Source: Octopus vulgaris
Taxonomy: Eukaryota
Length of the DNA stretch: 64,000 nucleotides
Reading direction: 5' to 3'
Assembly: GCA_951406725.2 (NCBI GenBank)
Contig: OX597814.1
Location: 1,674,001 to 1,738,000 of the forward strand
Position 1 is the stretch's first letter. Each line of letters begins with the position of its first letter. Below are positions 1 to 12,130 of this stretch, one piece after another. A program made the translations under genes and the position numbers. Below the pieces are notes generated by a model that had not been told where the DNA came from, did no database searches, and saw only the letters and a list, made by a program, of their open reading frames with translations.

Positions 1-152
1 CTTTCCGTTTCCGTCTACCAAATCCACTCACAAGGTATTGGTTGGTCTGAAGTCGTAATAGAATACACTTGCCCAAGGTGCTATGCAGTGAAATTGAACC
101 CGGAACCATGTGGTTGAGAAGCCAGCTTCTTACCACACAGCTACGCCTGCAT
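1..152 (-). mobile_element. tRNA-derived SINE family A, 5' part (runs off window)
   Basis: Reverse complement of family head GCAGG..GCTGTGTGGTAAG..GGTTC(A)A..CACTGC..CCTTGGGCAAGTG..GTGAGTGGATTTGGTAGACGGAAAC. Confidence 0.85.
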
Positions 153-378
153 CTATATTAATTCTTCATCTAAAGAATCTAGTTTTGTTTCCGCCAGCGA
201 CTCTCAGAAATATTTTAAATAATTCAGAGAGAACTATGTACGTGTATAACACTGTTGCTATACTTAGCAGTATTACACACATATTGTACCCGACTGTTAT
301 ACGCTTACCTACTGTACCCTACTGTTATACATTGACATAATATACACGTTATTCTTTGAGAACATGAGCAGTACCGTT

Positions 379-799
379 GGCGCAGGAGTGGCTGTGTGGT
401 AAGTAGCTTGCTAACCAACCACATGGTTCCGGGTTCAGTCCCACTGCGTGGTATCTTGAGCTAGTGTCTTCTGCTATAGCCCCGGGCCGACCAATGCCTT
501 GTGAGTGGATTTGGTAGACGGAAACTGAAAGAAGCCCGTCGTATATATGTATATATATATATATAAGTGTGTGTGTATATGTTTGTGTGTCTGTGTTTGT
601 CCCCCTAGCATTGCTTGACAACCGATGCTGGTATGTTTACGTCCCCGTCACCTAACGGTTCGGCAAAAGAGACCGATAGAATAAGTACTGGGCTTACAAA
701 AAATAAGTCCCGGGGTCGATTTGCTCGACTAAAGGTGGTGCTCCAGCATGGCCGCAGTTAAATGACTGAAACAAGTAAAAGCGTAAAAGAGTAAAAGAG
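379..799 (+). mobile_element. Full-length tRNA-derived SINE family A with internal (TA)n(TG)n
   Basis: A-box-like TGGCTGTGTGG, B-box-like GGTTCAGTCCC, (GTAAAAGA) tail; AGTACCG TSD at 370-376 and 800-806; about 20 related copies or fragments in window. Confidence 0.9.
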
Positions 800-1154
800 A
801 GTACCGCCCTTAGCCATGGGCTCCTCTGAGTTGTTGCCCCGCAGCTTCAGGGTCCCGGTTCTGATCCACAAATGATATGTCGTTGTTAGTAATTAAATAG
901 TATAGGGCCCAGTGCATTGGTTTTCCCGAGGGCCTAAGATGCATTGAAGGGAGTTACGAGATCTGGGAATATGAAAAACGAAGATGGAAAATAAAAAATC
1001 TAAGTCCAAACACAGGAACGAATGTACAGAGATTTATAAGAAATAATAAACAAGATTATTGTAAGCATAAATAAAAGATAAATAAAACAAAAAATAAAAT
1101 GTATCAAAGTGAGATAATCACTCGCAAAATGATATATCGGAAATATAAAATATA

Positions 1155-1387
1155 TATTTCTTTATTGCCCACAAGGGGCTAAACATAGAGGAGACAAACA
1201 AGGACAGACAAAGGGATTAAGTCGATTACATCGACCCCAGTGCGAAACTGGTACTTTATTTATCGACCCCGAAAGGATGAAAGGCAAAGTCGACCTCGGC
1301 GGAATTTGAACTCAGAACGTAAAGACAAATGAAATAACGCTAAGCATTTCGCCCGGCGTGCTAACGATTCTGCCAGCTCACCGCCTT
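1155..1387 (-). mobile_element. tRNA-derived SINE family B monomer
   Basis: Revcomp: AAGGCGG..AGCTGGCAGAATCGTTAGC head, GAGTTCAAATTCC B box, core GCCTTTCATCCTTTCGGGGTCGATAAA, tail AATAAAGAAATA. Confidence 0.9.
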
Positions 1388-1878
1388 CTGACGGAATAAG
1401 AATAAAAAAAGAAAAACTTTAACATCAACCAAACGAACATCGATAAACAAAGGAACAGAAATCTAGAACAAGATGAGGAGAATCAACAATGACGAAAAAT
1501 TGAACTGAAATAACGGTCTCTACTTCAAACACAAGAGCAGAAAATCTGAGTGATGAGAACTTTAGTTGATTACGTTGACCCAAGTACATGACTGGTATTT
1601 TATCTTATCATTGGCGCGGGCGAGGCTGTGCGATTAAAAGCTTGCTTTCCAACTACACGGTTCCGGGTTCAGTCCCACTGCGTGGCACTTTGGGTAAATG
1701 TCTTCTCTAGCCTCGGGCTGAGCAAAACCTACTGGGTGGATTTGGTAGGCGTGAGGCTGCAGGGCAACAACTCAGAGGAGCCATGGCTAAGGACGGTACT
1801 GCTCATGTTCTGAAAGTAGTATGTGTGTGTTATGTGAATGTATATCAGTAGGGTACAGTAGGTAAGCGTATAACGTCG

Positions 1879-2264
1879 TGGCACTCCGTCGGTTGCGACG
1901 ACGAGGATTCCTGTTGACCCGATCAACGGAACAGCCTGCTCGTGAAATTGACTTGCAAGTGGCTGAGCACTCCACAGGTACATTTACCTTAAACGTAGTT
2001 CTTGGGGGAGATTCAGCGTGACACAGAGTGTGACAAGACTGGCCCTTTGAAATACAGATACGACAGAAACAGGAAGAAAGAGTGAGAGAAAGTTGTGGTG
2101 AAAGAGTAAGAGTACAGCAATGCTTGCCCCCCCCCCCTGCCGGAGCCCTGTGGAGCTTTAGGTGTTTTTGCTCAGTAAGCACTCGCAACGCTCAGTATGG
2201 GAATCGAAACCGCGATCCCATGACCGCGAGTCTGCTGCCCTGACCACTGGGCCATTGTACCTCC
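1879..2264 (-). mobile_element. tRNA-derived SINE family C
   Basis: Revcomp head GGAGG..CAATGGCCCAGTGGT..GGTTTCGATTCC; body shared with 3120-3499, 8690-8913, 21672-21958. Confidence 0.85.
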
Positions 2265-2420
2265 GCTAAGCGCTTAACAGTAGGCTACAATATGTGTGTA
2301 ATACTGCTAAGTATGGCAACAGTATCACACACGCAGATAGTCCCGTATGAATTATTTCAAATATTTTTGGGAGTCACTGGTAGAAACGAAACTAGATTCT
2401 TTAGATGAAGAATTAACACA

Positions 2421-2925
2421 AATGCAGGCATGGCTGTGTGGTAAGAAGTTGGCTTCTCAACCACATGGTTCCGGGTTCAGTTCCACTGCATGGAACCTTG
2501 GGCAAGTGTCTTATTCTATAGACTTGAGCCGACCAAAGTCTTGTGAGTGAATTTGGTAGACGGAAACTGAAAGAAACCCGTCCAATCTGTGTGCATGCGT
2601 ATGTGTGTGTGTGTGTCTATGTGTTTATATTTGTCCCCCCGGCGAGCTGGTAGAAACGTTAGCACGCCGGGCGAAATTCGTAGCCGTATTTCGTCTGTCG
2701 TTACGTTCCGAGTTCAAATCCGCCGAGGTCGACTTTGCCTTTCATCCTTTCGGGGTCGATAAATTAAGTACCAGTTACGCACTGGGGTCGATGTAGTCGA
2801 CTTAATCCCTTTGTCTGTCCTTGTTTGTCCCCTCTGTGTTTAGCCCCTTGTGGGTAGTAAAGAAATATATATTTGTCCCCCTCCACCAGTTTACAATCAA
2901 TGTTGGTTCCGCAAAAGAGATCGAT
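2421..2925 (+). mobile_element. SINE A interrupted by nested SINE B (2641-2867)
   Basis: SINE A head at 2421; SINE B flanked by duplicated TATATTTGTCCCC (2626-2638, 2868-2880). Confidence 0.85.
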
Positions 2926-3119
2926 TATCTCCATATAAATAGTTATTGAAGACAATCTATGTCATTCTAATGGCATAGATCGATCAGTGAAAATTTTATG
3001 ACTGCCGGCTATACTCAAAGATACGAGAGACAGTAAACATAAAGAAAGCACCCACGCTGCGTCCATGTCATAGGATAATGAGTCTCCACATCATGTGAGA
3101 ATTTTTTTTTTTTTTAGAA

Positions 3120-3499
3120 GCACTCCGTCGGTTACGACGACGAGGGTTCCGGTTGATCCGAATCAACGGAACAGCCTGCTCGTGAGATTAACGTGTAAGT
3201 GGCTGAGCACTCCACACACACGTGTACCCTTAACGTAGTTCTCGGGGATATTCAGCGTGACACAGAGAGTGACAAGGCCGGCCCCTTGAAATACAGGTAC
3301 AACAGAAACAGGAAGTAAGAGTGAAAGAAAGTTGTGGTGAAAGAGTACAGCAGGGATCACCACCATCCCCTGCCGGTGCCTCGTGGGGCTTTAGGTGTTT
3401 TCGCTCAATAAACACTCACAACGCCCGGTCTGGGAATCGAAACCGCGATCCTATGACCGCGAGTCCGCTGCCCTAACCACTGGGCCATTGCGCCCCCAC
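3120..3499 (-). mobile_element. tRNA-derived SINE family C, near full length
   Basis: Revcomp A box TGGCCCAGTGG and B box GGTTTCGATTCCC; tail TCGTCGTAACCGACGGAGTG. Confidence 0.9.
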
Positions 3500-3574
3500 C
3501 ATGTGAGAATAGAAACATCACTGAGACCAGTGCTTCGCTTGTGGGGTCCATATAAGTTTCTGTCGTTAAAATTT

Positions 3575-3755
3575 GTTGTTTAAATTTGTTCATTATTTAC
3601 AGTATTTACATTTGATGGATATTTGTCCTCATCTTGTTTGTTGTTAACGTTTCGGCTGATATACCCTCCAGCCTTCATCAGGTGTCTTGGGAAAATTTTG
3701 AACCTGGGTTCCTGGGATCTCATTCCTAAGGTATTTTTCGATGTTGTTGCTGTTG

Positions 3756-3806
<51 letters not shown>

Positions 3807-3866
3807 TAACTGGCTGGAATCGAACTCGGAATCTTGAGGTTAGTAGCCCGCGCTCTTGACCACTAC
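3575..3866 (-). mobile_element. Element with tRNA-like head, (TAA)n spacer and hammerhead-motif tail
   Basis: Revcomp: GTAGTGGTCAAGAGCGCGGGCTACTAACC..GAGTTCGATTCC (B box 3816-3827), then (TAA)n, then CTGATGA-A-GGCTG..CAGCC-GAAACGTT. Confidence 0.7.
3646..3686 (-). ncRNA. Minimal type I hammerhead ribozyme motif (stem I 3' strand missing in this copy)
   Basis: CUGAUGA (3681-3675), stem II GGCUG/CAGCC, GAAA, palindromic AACGUU with GUU triplet. Confidence 0.65.
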
Positions 3867-4039
3867 TTCTGCAAACAGCACGCAAAACATGTCTACAATC
3901 CTTTTGTATAATTCCTAGTAATATTTAGTTATAAAAATATAGTAGGATGTGTTAAACACTGAACGGGTATGAGGGTCCAGGAGAATAAAATAGGGAACAG
4001 AAAGGTCCGGAGGTGAAAAAAATAAATGAGTTTTAAATG

Positions 4040-4250
4040 GTTTCAAAATTCAGCACAGGGACCGAAACTTTAGGGGAGGGGATAAACCGATTATGTTGAC
4101 CCGAATGCTCAACTGGTACTTATTTTATTGACCCGAAAAGGATGAAAAACAAATTCGACCTCAGCGGGATTTGAACCCAGAACGTAAAAAATCAGAAGAA
4201 ATGCCGCTGAGTATTTTGTCCGATGCGTCAACAACCCCGTCAACTCAACG
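4040..4250 (-). mobile_element. Diverged SINE B with alternative (B2) tail
   Basis: CTGGTACTTATTTTATTGACCCGAAAAGGATGAAAAAC..GGATTTGAACCCAGAACGTAA matches family B core. Confidence 0.7.
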
Positions 4251-4862
4251 TTTTTCTTCTTCAATAAGAAGAGGAGATTTTTAAAGGGAGGCGACTTCTC
4301 TCATCTACTCTTCTATCTAAGTTTGACTCCGTTTATAAATTTACTGATCAAACTTAGCAGTTGTTTTAAATACTTAGGACTAGCTCTAAGCAATAATCTA
4401 CTTTTATATGGTTGAGTTAAAGCTATTTTATCAGAAACAACATCCAACTGTTGATCATTCTGAAAACTACATGAATTCATCTGTGATAACAACAAAATTA
4501 GTTAAGGATTAGACAAATGTGTAAAAAGCTGCTCTAAGAAATGACAAAATAATGTAAATAGAAAGAGGAAGATAAATTAAGACACACAAATCAGGGAATT
4601 AGAAAATAACCAACAAGACAAGTGCCGAGGAAGGAAAATAATAAACTGATAAGATACAAATACAGAATAATGAAAGAGAAAATTACAACAGAATTAGACT
4701 TATATTATAAAATCAGCCTGAATGACAGGAATAACATAATAGGTAAATAACAGCACATCATCTAAGTTGCAACTACAGCTTCAGTATAATAAATTACAAA
4801 TGGAGCTTAGATAGGAACACTAGAAAACAACTCACTGTTTTCTAAACCTATCATCGTTTTTA

Positions 4863-5810
4863 TATTGAGTTGCCAGATAAATTCGTTCTTTTTCTTTTTC
4901 CCGCATTTATTTTAATTCTTATTTTTCATCAACGATTTTAACAAATCAGTCAAAAATATATTCTTCTTCTTCTTCATTATTTGCAACATTTTGCCGATGT
5001 TCCGTAGGCTGGTCAATGCCTTGATGAAAGAATCACCGGGTCTTGACTTGAAGAACGAAACGCCTCGCAGACTGTTGGAGAGCGACTGTAAAAAATAAAA
5101 GTCTGAAAGTGCTATGTAAGAAGAATACGGCCTGGGGATGCGGTAGGGGCTATAGGCCTTGCCAGCCGAGTTCTTGAATAGTATTTGTGGTCAAATTAGC
5201 AACATCGGGGTGAGCATTTTTGTGTTGAAGAAGAAAGCTGCATCGCTGGTCAGGTCATTTCAGCTGGTTTGCCGCGTCCAGCCGATGTATTTGCAGAACG
5301 CAAAGCTCTCTTTTGACCGTCCAGTTGTTTTCACAGATGAATTTATGTAGTTTTCAGAATGACCAGCAGTTGGGTGTTGTTCCTGATAAAATAGCTTTAA
5401 CTTAACCATATAAAAGTAGATAGTTGCTTAGAGCTAGTCCTAAGTTGTTTTCGTAATGGATTAGCCCTTCCGAATCCCATTAAGTGTTTGATATGGCGTA
5501 AAAATATAACATTTTATCATTGGTGACGATGCGGTCAAGAAACCTCTATTTTTGTCCACGAGTAGCTTAGGGTGGAGCGAGTAAAATGGCGACGACTGAG
5601 GAGCCCTGGAGTTTATTTATCACCTTCAGAGTGTGTGGCATGAATGCATCGAGGGAAAGTGAGAGGTGATGGGTATCATAAGGAAGTCCCATATGCTGGA
5701 CCAAAATCCTTAGTTGATCCGCGTGGATCCTTGTAGATGAACTTGTTTTATGAGAATTCATGAGGTCGAATTTCCCATTCTTGAAGCGCGAAAACCATTT
5801 CTGTGCATTA
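4863..5810 (-). pseudogene. Decayed mariner transposase fragments
   Basis: Minus-strand remnants resembling QKWFSRFKNGKFDL (N-terminal), HKNAHPD (HDNARPH) and PYSSYIALSDFY (PYSPDLAPSDF); TIR-like end at 4863 resembles 28357. Confidence 0.6.
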
Positions 5811-6120
5811 GAAAATTACTATTTGTAAATCTCACAACAAGAGATATTCAGTAATATTACTTTGGAGTAAAGATTATTTGCCACCATAACATAGCAGTCC
5901 TGGTTTAGGACGAATGTTGCTGTAATTTAGCCCCAGGAGACATCATCAACAGCTGGCTATACAACACGATTTGTGTCCTTATATTTTCGAACAAGGGAAT
6001 CTAGCACCCCCACTCAGCTCAAAACAATATCTGTGTATCGCCATTTCCGGGTTATTTCCCTTCATCAGCATAGAATAATTGTTCGGCTAGAGGTGGCGTT
6101 GCCAAATTCCCGTTCGAAAT
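5811..6120 (-). mobile_element. Non-autonomous PLE-like repeat carrying a hammerhead motif
   Basis: Inverted homology to 7672-7876; HHR motif at 6031-6073. Confidence 0.6.
6031..6073 (-). ncRNA. Minimal type I hammerhead ribozyme motif
   Basis: Revcomp CTATG-CTGATGA-A-GGG(aaataa)CCC-G-GAAA-TGGCGA-TA/CACAG; sister copy at 7674-7690 reads GAAATCACGATACACAG, implying an ancestral palindrome ATCGCGAT. Confidence 0.6.
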
Positions 6121-6344
6121 ATATATAATTTTAGAGATTTGTGGTCCGTAGATCAAGACTGACGGACTCCCACTGGTGTATACTTCTGAGATATCCGCTT
6201 ATGGAATCGGTGGAAGTCTGGCGTATAGCAGATGATGAATGGTTAGGACTGGTTAGTAAAGAATGAACGGTGGCGTCGGCTGTGTAAAAGAGAGACTGAT
6301 ATATATATATATATATATATAAATACATACATCTGCATCTGCCT

Positions 6345-6345
6345 G

Positions 6346-6411
<66 letters not shown>

Positions 6412-6495
6412 ATACATACATACATACATACATATATACATACATACATACATACATACATACATACATACATACATACATACATACATACATCT
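6345..6495. repeat. (ATCT)n(ACAT)n compound microsatellite
   Basis: Direct reading. Confidence 0.95.
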
Positions 6496-6737
6496 ATAAA
6501 ACTGCCGGTCGAGAATTCTAATTCTGACGCATCAGTTTCGGCAATTTCCGTTGCCTCACCAGTTAAGACAGTTCGACTTCGGATCTTTCCGGGCTCGCTT
6601 CGTCATTAGTATTTATGTTTTCGTCATCCAAATTATTTGAATGACTTAGCGATTCGGTAATGTGTATCGATAAAATTAATGTAAACAGCACTTTGCAATG
6701 TTTCGCCAAAATGGAGAATTACAAATGTCACTAAATA

Positions 6738-7928
6738 CGAGGGGGTACCCCACCAAAATACCGGAATTTCGCAATATTATCCTATTAATTTAGTTTTACA
6801 CATTTACACTTTTATCACCTTCAAACTATTTTCCATTTGAAGAACTATATCGGTCCAGACGCGTTTTCCACTGTTCAAAGCAGTGCTGGAATACTTGCGA
6901 AGTGATACCTTTTAACGCCTCCGTCGTTTTTTCTTCGGCAATTCCACATCTGCAAATTCCATAGCACCAGCTTTCATCACCAGTGATGAAGGTCCGGATC
7001 AACTTCCAACTGTTCTTTCAGTTCACGACATGCATTCAATCGTGACTGCTTTTGATCTTCCGTGACCAAGCGAAGCACAAATTTTGCTGCAATGCTTTTC
7101 ATTCGGAATTCCTCGCTCAAAATCCATTGGCAGGAACTCCAGAACACACCAGTCATATCAACAAGTTCGTCAACTGTTCGGTGACGGTCCACCAACATCA
7201 GTTGATGAATTTTCATGTTTTTATTCGTTCGGGAGATCGACGGTCGTCCTGGACGAGGTTCATCTTCAAGTCACAATTGACCATTCCTAAGGCGTGAAAA
7301 CCACTCGTAAATTTGTGTTTTGCTCATGACAGCGTCCTTGTAAGCCGTCTGACGGATGGCAACTGTTTCGGCTGCCATTTTCCTCAACAGAAAACAGAAT
7401 TTCACGGAAGCACGCTATTTCTTCGCTTCAGCCATCGCAAAAATCGACGAAGAGGGGAGAAGCACTCGTAAACAAAGATGCTCCACATGGCAGTACGACC
7501 CCACCAGACTGATACCTGAGGGTCGCATCAAGTGCCTTCTTGCGGCGGAAGTCTGAACTACACGGGGTTTGTAGTAAAGGTAGTTTTCCAACATAACATG
7601 GCAGTCCTGGTTTAGGACTAATGCTGCTGTAATTTAGCCCCAGGAGACTAATGTTGCTGTAATTTAGCTCTCAGAAATCACGATACACAGATATGTTTTT
7701 GAGCGAAAATATAGGGACACAGATCGTGTCGTATACCCAGCTGTCTCCTGGGGCTAAATTACAGCAACATTAGTCCTAAACCAGGACTGCCATGTTATGT
7801 TGGCAAACAATCTTTACTCCAAAATACTGTTGCTGAATATCTCTTGTTGTGAGATTTACAATTAGTAATTTTCTACACTGGGTTTGTCTCACAGAGATCG
7901 TTTCCGGTTACTTTTGGGTACCCCCTCG
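6738..7928 (-). mobile_element. Internally deleted mariner element with both TIRs
   Basis: TA-CGAGGGGGTACCC..CCGGAA at 6736 and TTCCGG..GGGTACCCCCTCG-TA ending 7930; minus-strand IYEWFSR..EDEPRPGRPS, AKFVLRLVTEDQKQSR, and ITGDESWCYG fused directly to C-terminal FADVE..FEQWKTR. Confidence 0.9.
7573..7872 (+). mobile_element. PLE-like insertion with inverted 5' segment, nested in mariner
   Basis: 7588-7645 is the inverse of ~7743-7803; 15-bp TSD CTACAC(G/T)GGGTTTGT at 7558-7572 and 7873-7887. Confidence 0.75.
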
Positions 7929-8512
7929 TAAATTTTACGCGCATAGATAGATAGATATATGAAAAAGGGATCATATAAGGACAATAATTATGAAAGTCAT
8001 AAACTCCTCACGAGTTATAAATTCTGAAATACTGGTGCACTCAGTTGGGTTTACAAAGGTCTAATGTCGTTATCTAGACGCTGACCAGTAAGTGACCACT
8101 CAAAGGATACTCAGGAAATAGATTCTAGAAGCAGAACAGTAATATTTTTGCAAGATTTCTAAGAATTTAAAATGTATCCGCTTCTCTATTCTTGCTGTCT
8201 AAATACGAGTAAAGGAGCTTTGGCTGTGAGAGAATCAGAGTCTTAATAAGATTTCAGATAATTAAGAAGGGAAGATAATTCCACACACACGTACAAATAT
8301 ATCAATAGAGACGTTAATGTGTGGATTACACACAGACACACACACGCATGCACACACACGCATGCACACACACGCATGCACACGCGAGCACGCACACACA
8401 CACACACGCACACAATGCACACAAAGGCATACATAAAGACAGCGAACAAAGATAACCGAGGAAGTACTTAATACGTAGAAATTGTGTAATATTTCTGCTT
8501 ACTTTTCTCTGC

Positions 8513-8632
<120 letters not shown>

Positions 8633-8689
8633 GCCACACGTGTATGGTTGCGCATGAATACGACTACATCTAATGCTACACTGTGCTCA

Positions 8690-8913
8690 CCACAACTTTT
8701 CTCTCACTCTTTCTTCCTGTTTCTGTTGTACCTGTATTTCAAAAAGGACCAGCCTTGTCACTCTCTGTGTCACGCTGAATCTCCCTGAGAACTACGTTAA
8801 GGGTACTCGTGTCTGTGGAGTGCTCAGCCACTTACACGTTAATTTCACGAGTCCATTGTTCCGTTGATCAAAATGAACTGGCACACTCATCGTCGTTAAC
8901 GACGAAGTGCCAC
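8690..8913 (+). mobile_element. Headless SINE C
   Basis: Matches revcomp of 3120-3340. Confidence 0.85.
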
Positions 8914-8989
8914 TATAGTATAGTATAGTATAGCATAACATGTGTGTGTATATATATATATACACCCCTATCTCTCTCTCTCTTTCAAT

Positions 8990-9030
<41 letters not shown>

Positions 9031-9060
9031 CATATATATGTAAGTATATATATACGTATA

Positions 9061-9106
<46 letters not shown>

Positions 9107-9130
9107 TATGTAAGTATATATATACGTATA

Positions 9131-9187
<57 letters not shown>

Positions 9188-9324
9188 AAGTGTATATGTA
9201 TATGCGTGTGCGTGTGTGTGCGGGTGGGGTGCGGGTGTTGCTGCGTACATGAAATACTTTATGTATATATCTTTATGTCAGCTACTGTAATAGTGTCGGT
9301 GTTTACGTCGGAAGGAACCATTAC

Positions 9325-9384
<60 letters not shown>

Positions 9385-9769
9385 GAGTGAGAGAGGGGGG
9401 AATGGACAGATAGAGAAGTGTAATAGTGTCAGAGTGTGTAGTGCATTGTTCAAAGTGTGCCAAGGATATGGTAGATGGAGAGACAAAGTGATATTCCCAT
9501 GGGGCTAGTTATTTCTCCTGTTAACCATACCGAAAGGTGATGCCAGTCAGTTTTGGCCAGTTAGCTCTTCATCTATTATGCATTACATCTTGGCCTTTTC
9601 ACATCGTTCTCTTAATACTCAGCTCTCTCTGCTAACGTATTTTATGTAATTTCTATGTAGGTTGTGTGTGATGTGTGTGTGTGTGTGTGTCTGTTGGCTG
9701 GTATGTTTTTTTTTTGTTTATAGACAGGGACATGTTTCGTTACATGTGTTTGTGTGGTCTTGTGTTTCG

Positions 9770-10194
9770 ATGTGGCTGTCTTGGTAAGAAGCTTGCTTTC
9801 CAACCACATGGTTCCGGGTTCGGTCCTACTACGCGGCACCTTGGGCAAGTGACCTCTAACTATAGCTTTGGGCCCATCAAAGCCTTGTGAGTGGATTTGG
9901 TGGACGGAAACTGAAAGAAGCCCGTCGTGTATATATGTATATATATATATATAATTAATAATATCAGGGTAATACAGATTTTAGAAATGTTTACTACCTG
10001 TGGCCTAGCATGTAGGAAAATTAGTCAATAGACTATATATTATTCATATAAAATACAGTGTACTTTTAAACACAAAAGAGGTATCTGTCATAGGATTCCT
10101 TTCACGCTAGAAGGGACAGCTAAAGTGGTTTGGACTTTAGCTGTTCTTTCTAGCGTAAGGGAGTCCTATGATGGATACCTCTTAATAATGTGTT

Positions 10195-10284
<90 letters not shown>

Positions 10285-10515
10285 TGTGTGTGTCTTTGTG
10301 TCAGTGTCTGCCCCATCCCCGTTACCGCTTGACAAACAGTTTTGGTGTGTTTACGTCCCCGTGAAATAGCGGTTCAGCAAAAGATTCCGATAGAATAAGT
10401 ACCAGGCTTAAAAAATAAGTACCGGGATTGACCCATTCAAATTTAAAAAAAAATTCAAGGCGGTGCCCCAGCATGGCCGGAGTCAAATGACTGAAAGAAG
10501 TAAAAGATAAAAGAT
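9770..10515 (+). mobile_element. SINE A interrupted in its microsatellite by a hairpin element (~9960-10195)
   Basis: Head 9770-9930, body resumes ~10285 with family tail. Confidence 0.8.
10076..10183. repeat. ~50-bp-arm foldback hairpin
   Basis: Arms 10076-10126 and 10134-10183, 7-nt loop GGTTTGG. Confidence 0.9.
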
Positions 10516-10579
10516 ATATATTCTTTTACTTGTTTTAGTCATTTGATTGCGGCCATGCTGGAGCACCGCCTTTTTATAT

Positions 10580-10885
10580 ATGGTGGTGCCTCTTCGGTAC
10601 CCTTAATTTTTTTTACGCCCTTTTCAAGCCTAGCCAGACTCATGGGCCCGATTTCCCGGTTTCTGTGGCGTATGTGTTCCCCCCAGCTGGACGGGACGCC
10701 AATCCATCGCAGCGTTACTCAAGAAACAGGAAGACAGAGTGAGAGAAAGTTATGGCGAAAGAGTACAACAGGGGTCGTCACCACCCCCTGCCGGAGCCTC
10801 GTGGAGCTTTTAGGTGTTTTCGCTCAATAAACACACACAACGCCCGATCTGGGAATCGAAACTGCAATCCTCCGACCCGTAGCCT
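10580..10885 (-). mobile_element. SINE C head with a different 3' tail (sister family)
   Basis: 10722-10880 matches family C; 10580-10720 replaces the usual tail. Confidence 0.6.
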
Positions 10886-10888
10886 TAA

Positions 10889-10919
<31 letters not shown>

Positions 10920-10947
10920 TGTATGTATGTATGTATGTATGTATGTA

Positions 10948-10999
<52 letters not shown>

Positions 11000-11910
11000 C
11001 GTATGTGTGTTTGTCCGCTACCACCGCTTGACATCTATTCTCGGTGGCACATTGTGTCCTTGGGCGAGACGTTTTATCTCACGTTTGCTCCAGTCCAGTC
11101 AGCTGGCGAAAATGAATAGTACCCGTAATTCAAAGGGGCCAGCCTTGTCATACTCTGTGTCACGCTGAATCACCCCAAGAACTACATTAAGGGTACACAT
11201 GTCTGTGGAGTACTCAGCCACTTGTACGTTAATTTCACGGAAAATTTGTAGAAGCCTGTTGGATGTTTCTGGTTTTAGACTAAAGCCCTCGCTCCGTTTT
11301 TAACCTCACGATTTGATTCCTGTGTGCTTTAGTGGGACCCACTCTGTCCCTTATCAACACGTTCCCTACTTCCTCCACGAAGTTGACAAGCCCTGCAAAA
11401 ATCAAGACCATGATTAAAAGTAGATTTAATCAAATGCATCCGAGCCGGCTCATTCTCTCCTAATCAAGGATACCCAGACTCCATTGTATAACATGTCCTT
11501 CAAAACGTAGAAGTGTTTGGCTTCAGCAAGATTTAACTACCATTTCTAGCAGATAGGACAGCTACATGAAGGCACCTTTGTTAGCTTGTTACTCAGATAT
11601 CTGTTTATATTTCATAACAAATTTCTACGTAAACTACAAGATTTTAGTTTTACACCTTCGAGGAAGATAGCCAGCTCTCTGATGGATGTGAAGATCTTAT
11701 CGTAAATAAAACAAGCAAAGAAGCAGCTGTTACAGAGGCAGTAGCTTCTCTGATTTGAGATTTTAGATTTTACCGAGACACCAACACAACACAGCAAACA
11801 GTTGGGAGACCAAAGTTTATTTACAACAGTTAGAAGTCTGTGGCTCAGCGGTTAACGTGTTGTGTTCAAGATTACAAGGTGATGGGTTCGGTTCTCGGAT
11901 CAGGTAAACC

Positions 11911-12130
11911 TATTTCGTTACTACCCACAAGGGGCTAAACACAGAGAGGACAAATAAGGACAGACAAACGGATTAAGTCGATTATATTGACCCCAGTGCG
12001 TAACTGGTACTTATTTAATCGACCCCGAAAGGTTGAAAAGCAAAGTCGACCTTGGCGGAATTTGAACTCAGACGAAATACTGCTAAGCATTTCGCCCGCC
12101 GTGCTAACGATTCTGCCATCACGCCGCCTT
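11911..12130 (-). mobile_element. SINE B monomer
   Basis: Family head, core and tail. Confidence 0.85.

Noticed and set aside
3420-3499. tRNA gene (also 30620-30692, 3803-3866)
   Set aside because: A/B boxes run into SINE bodies; no closed acceptor stem or terminator
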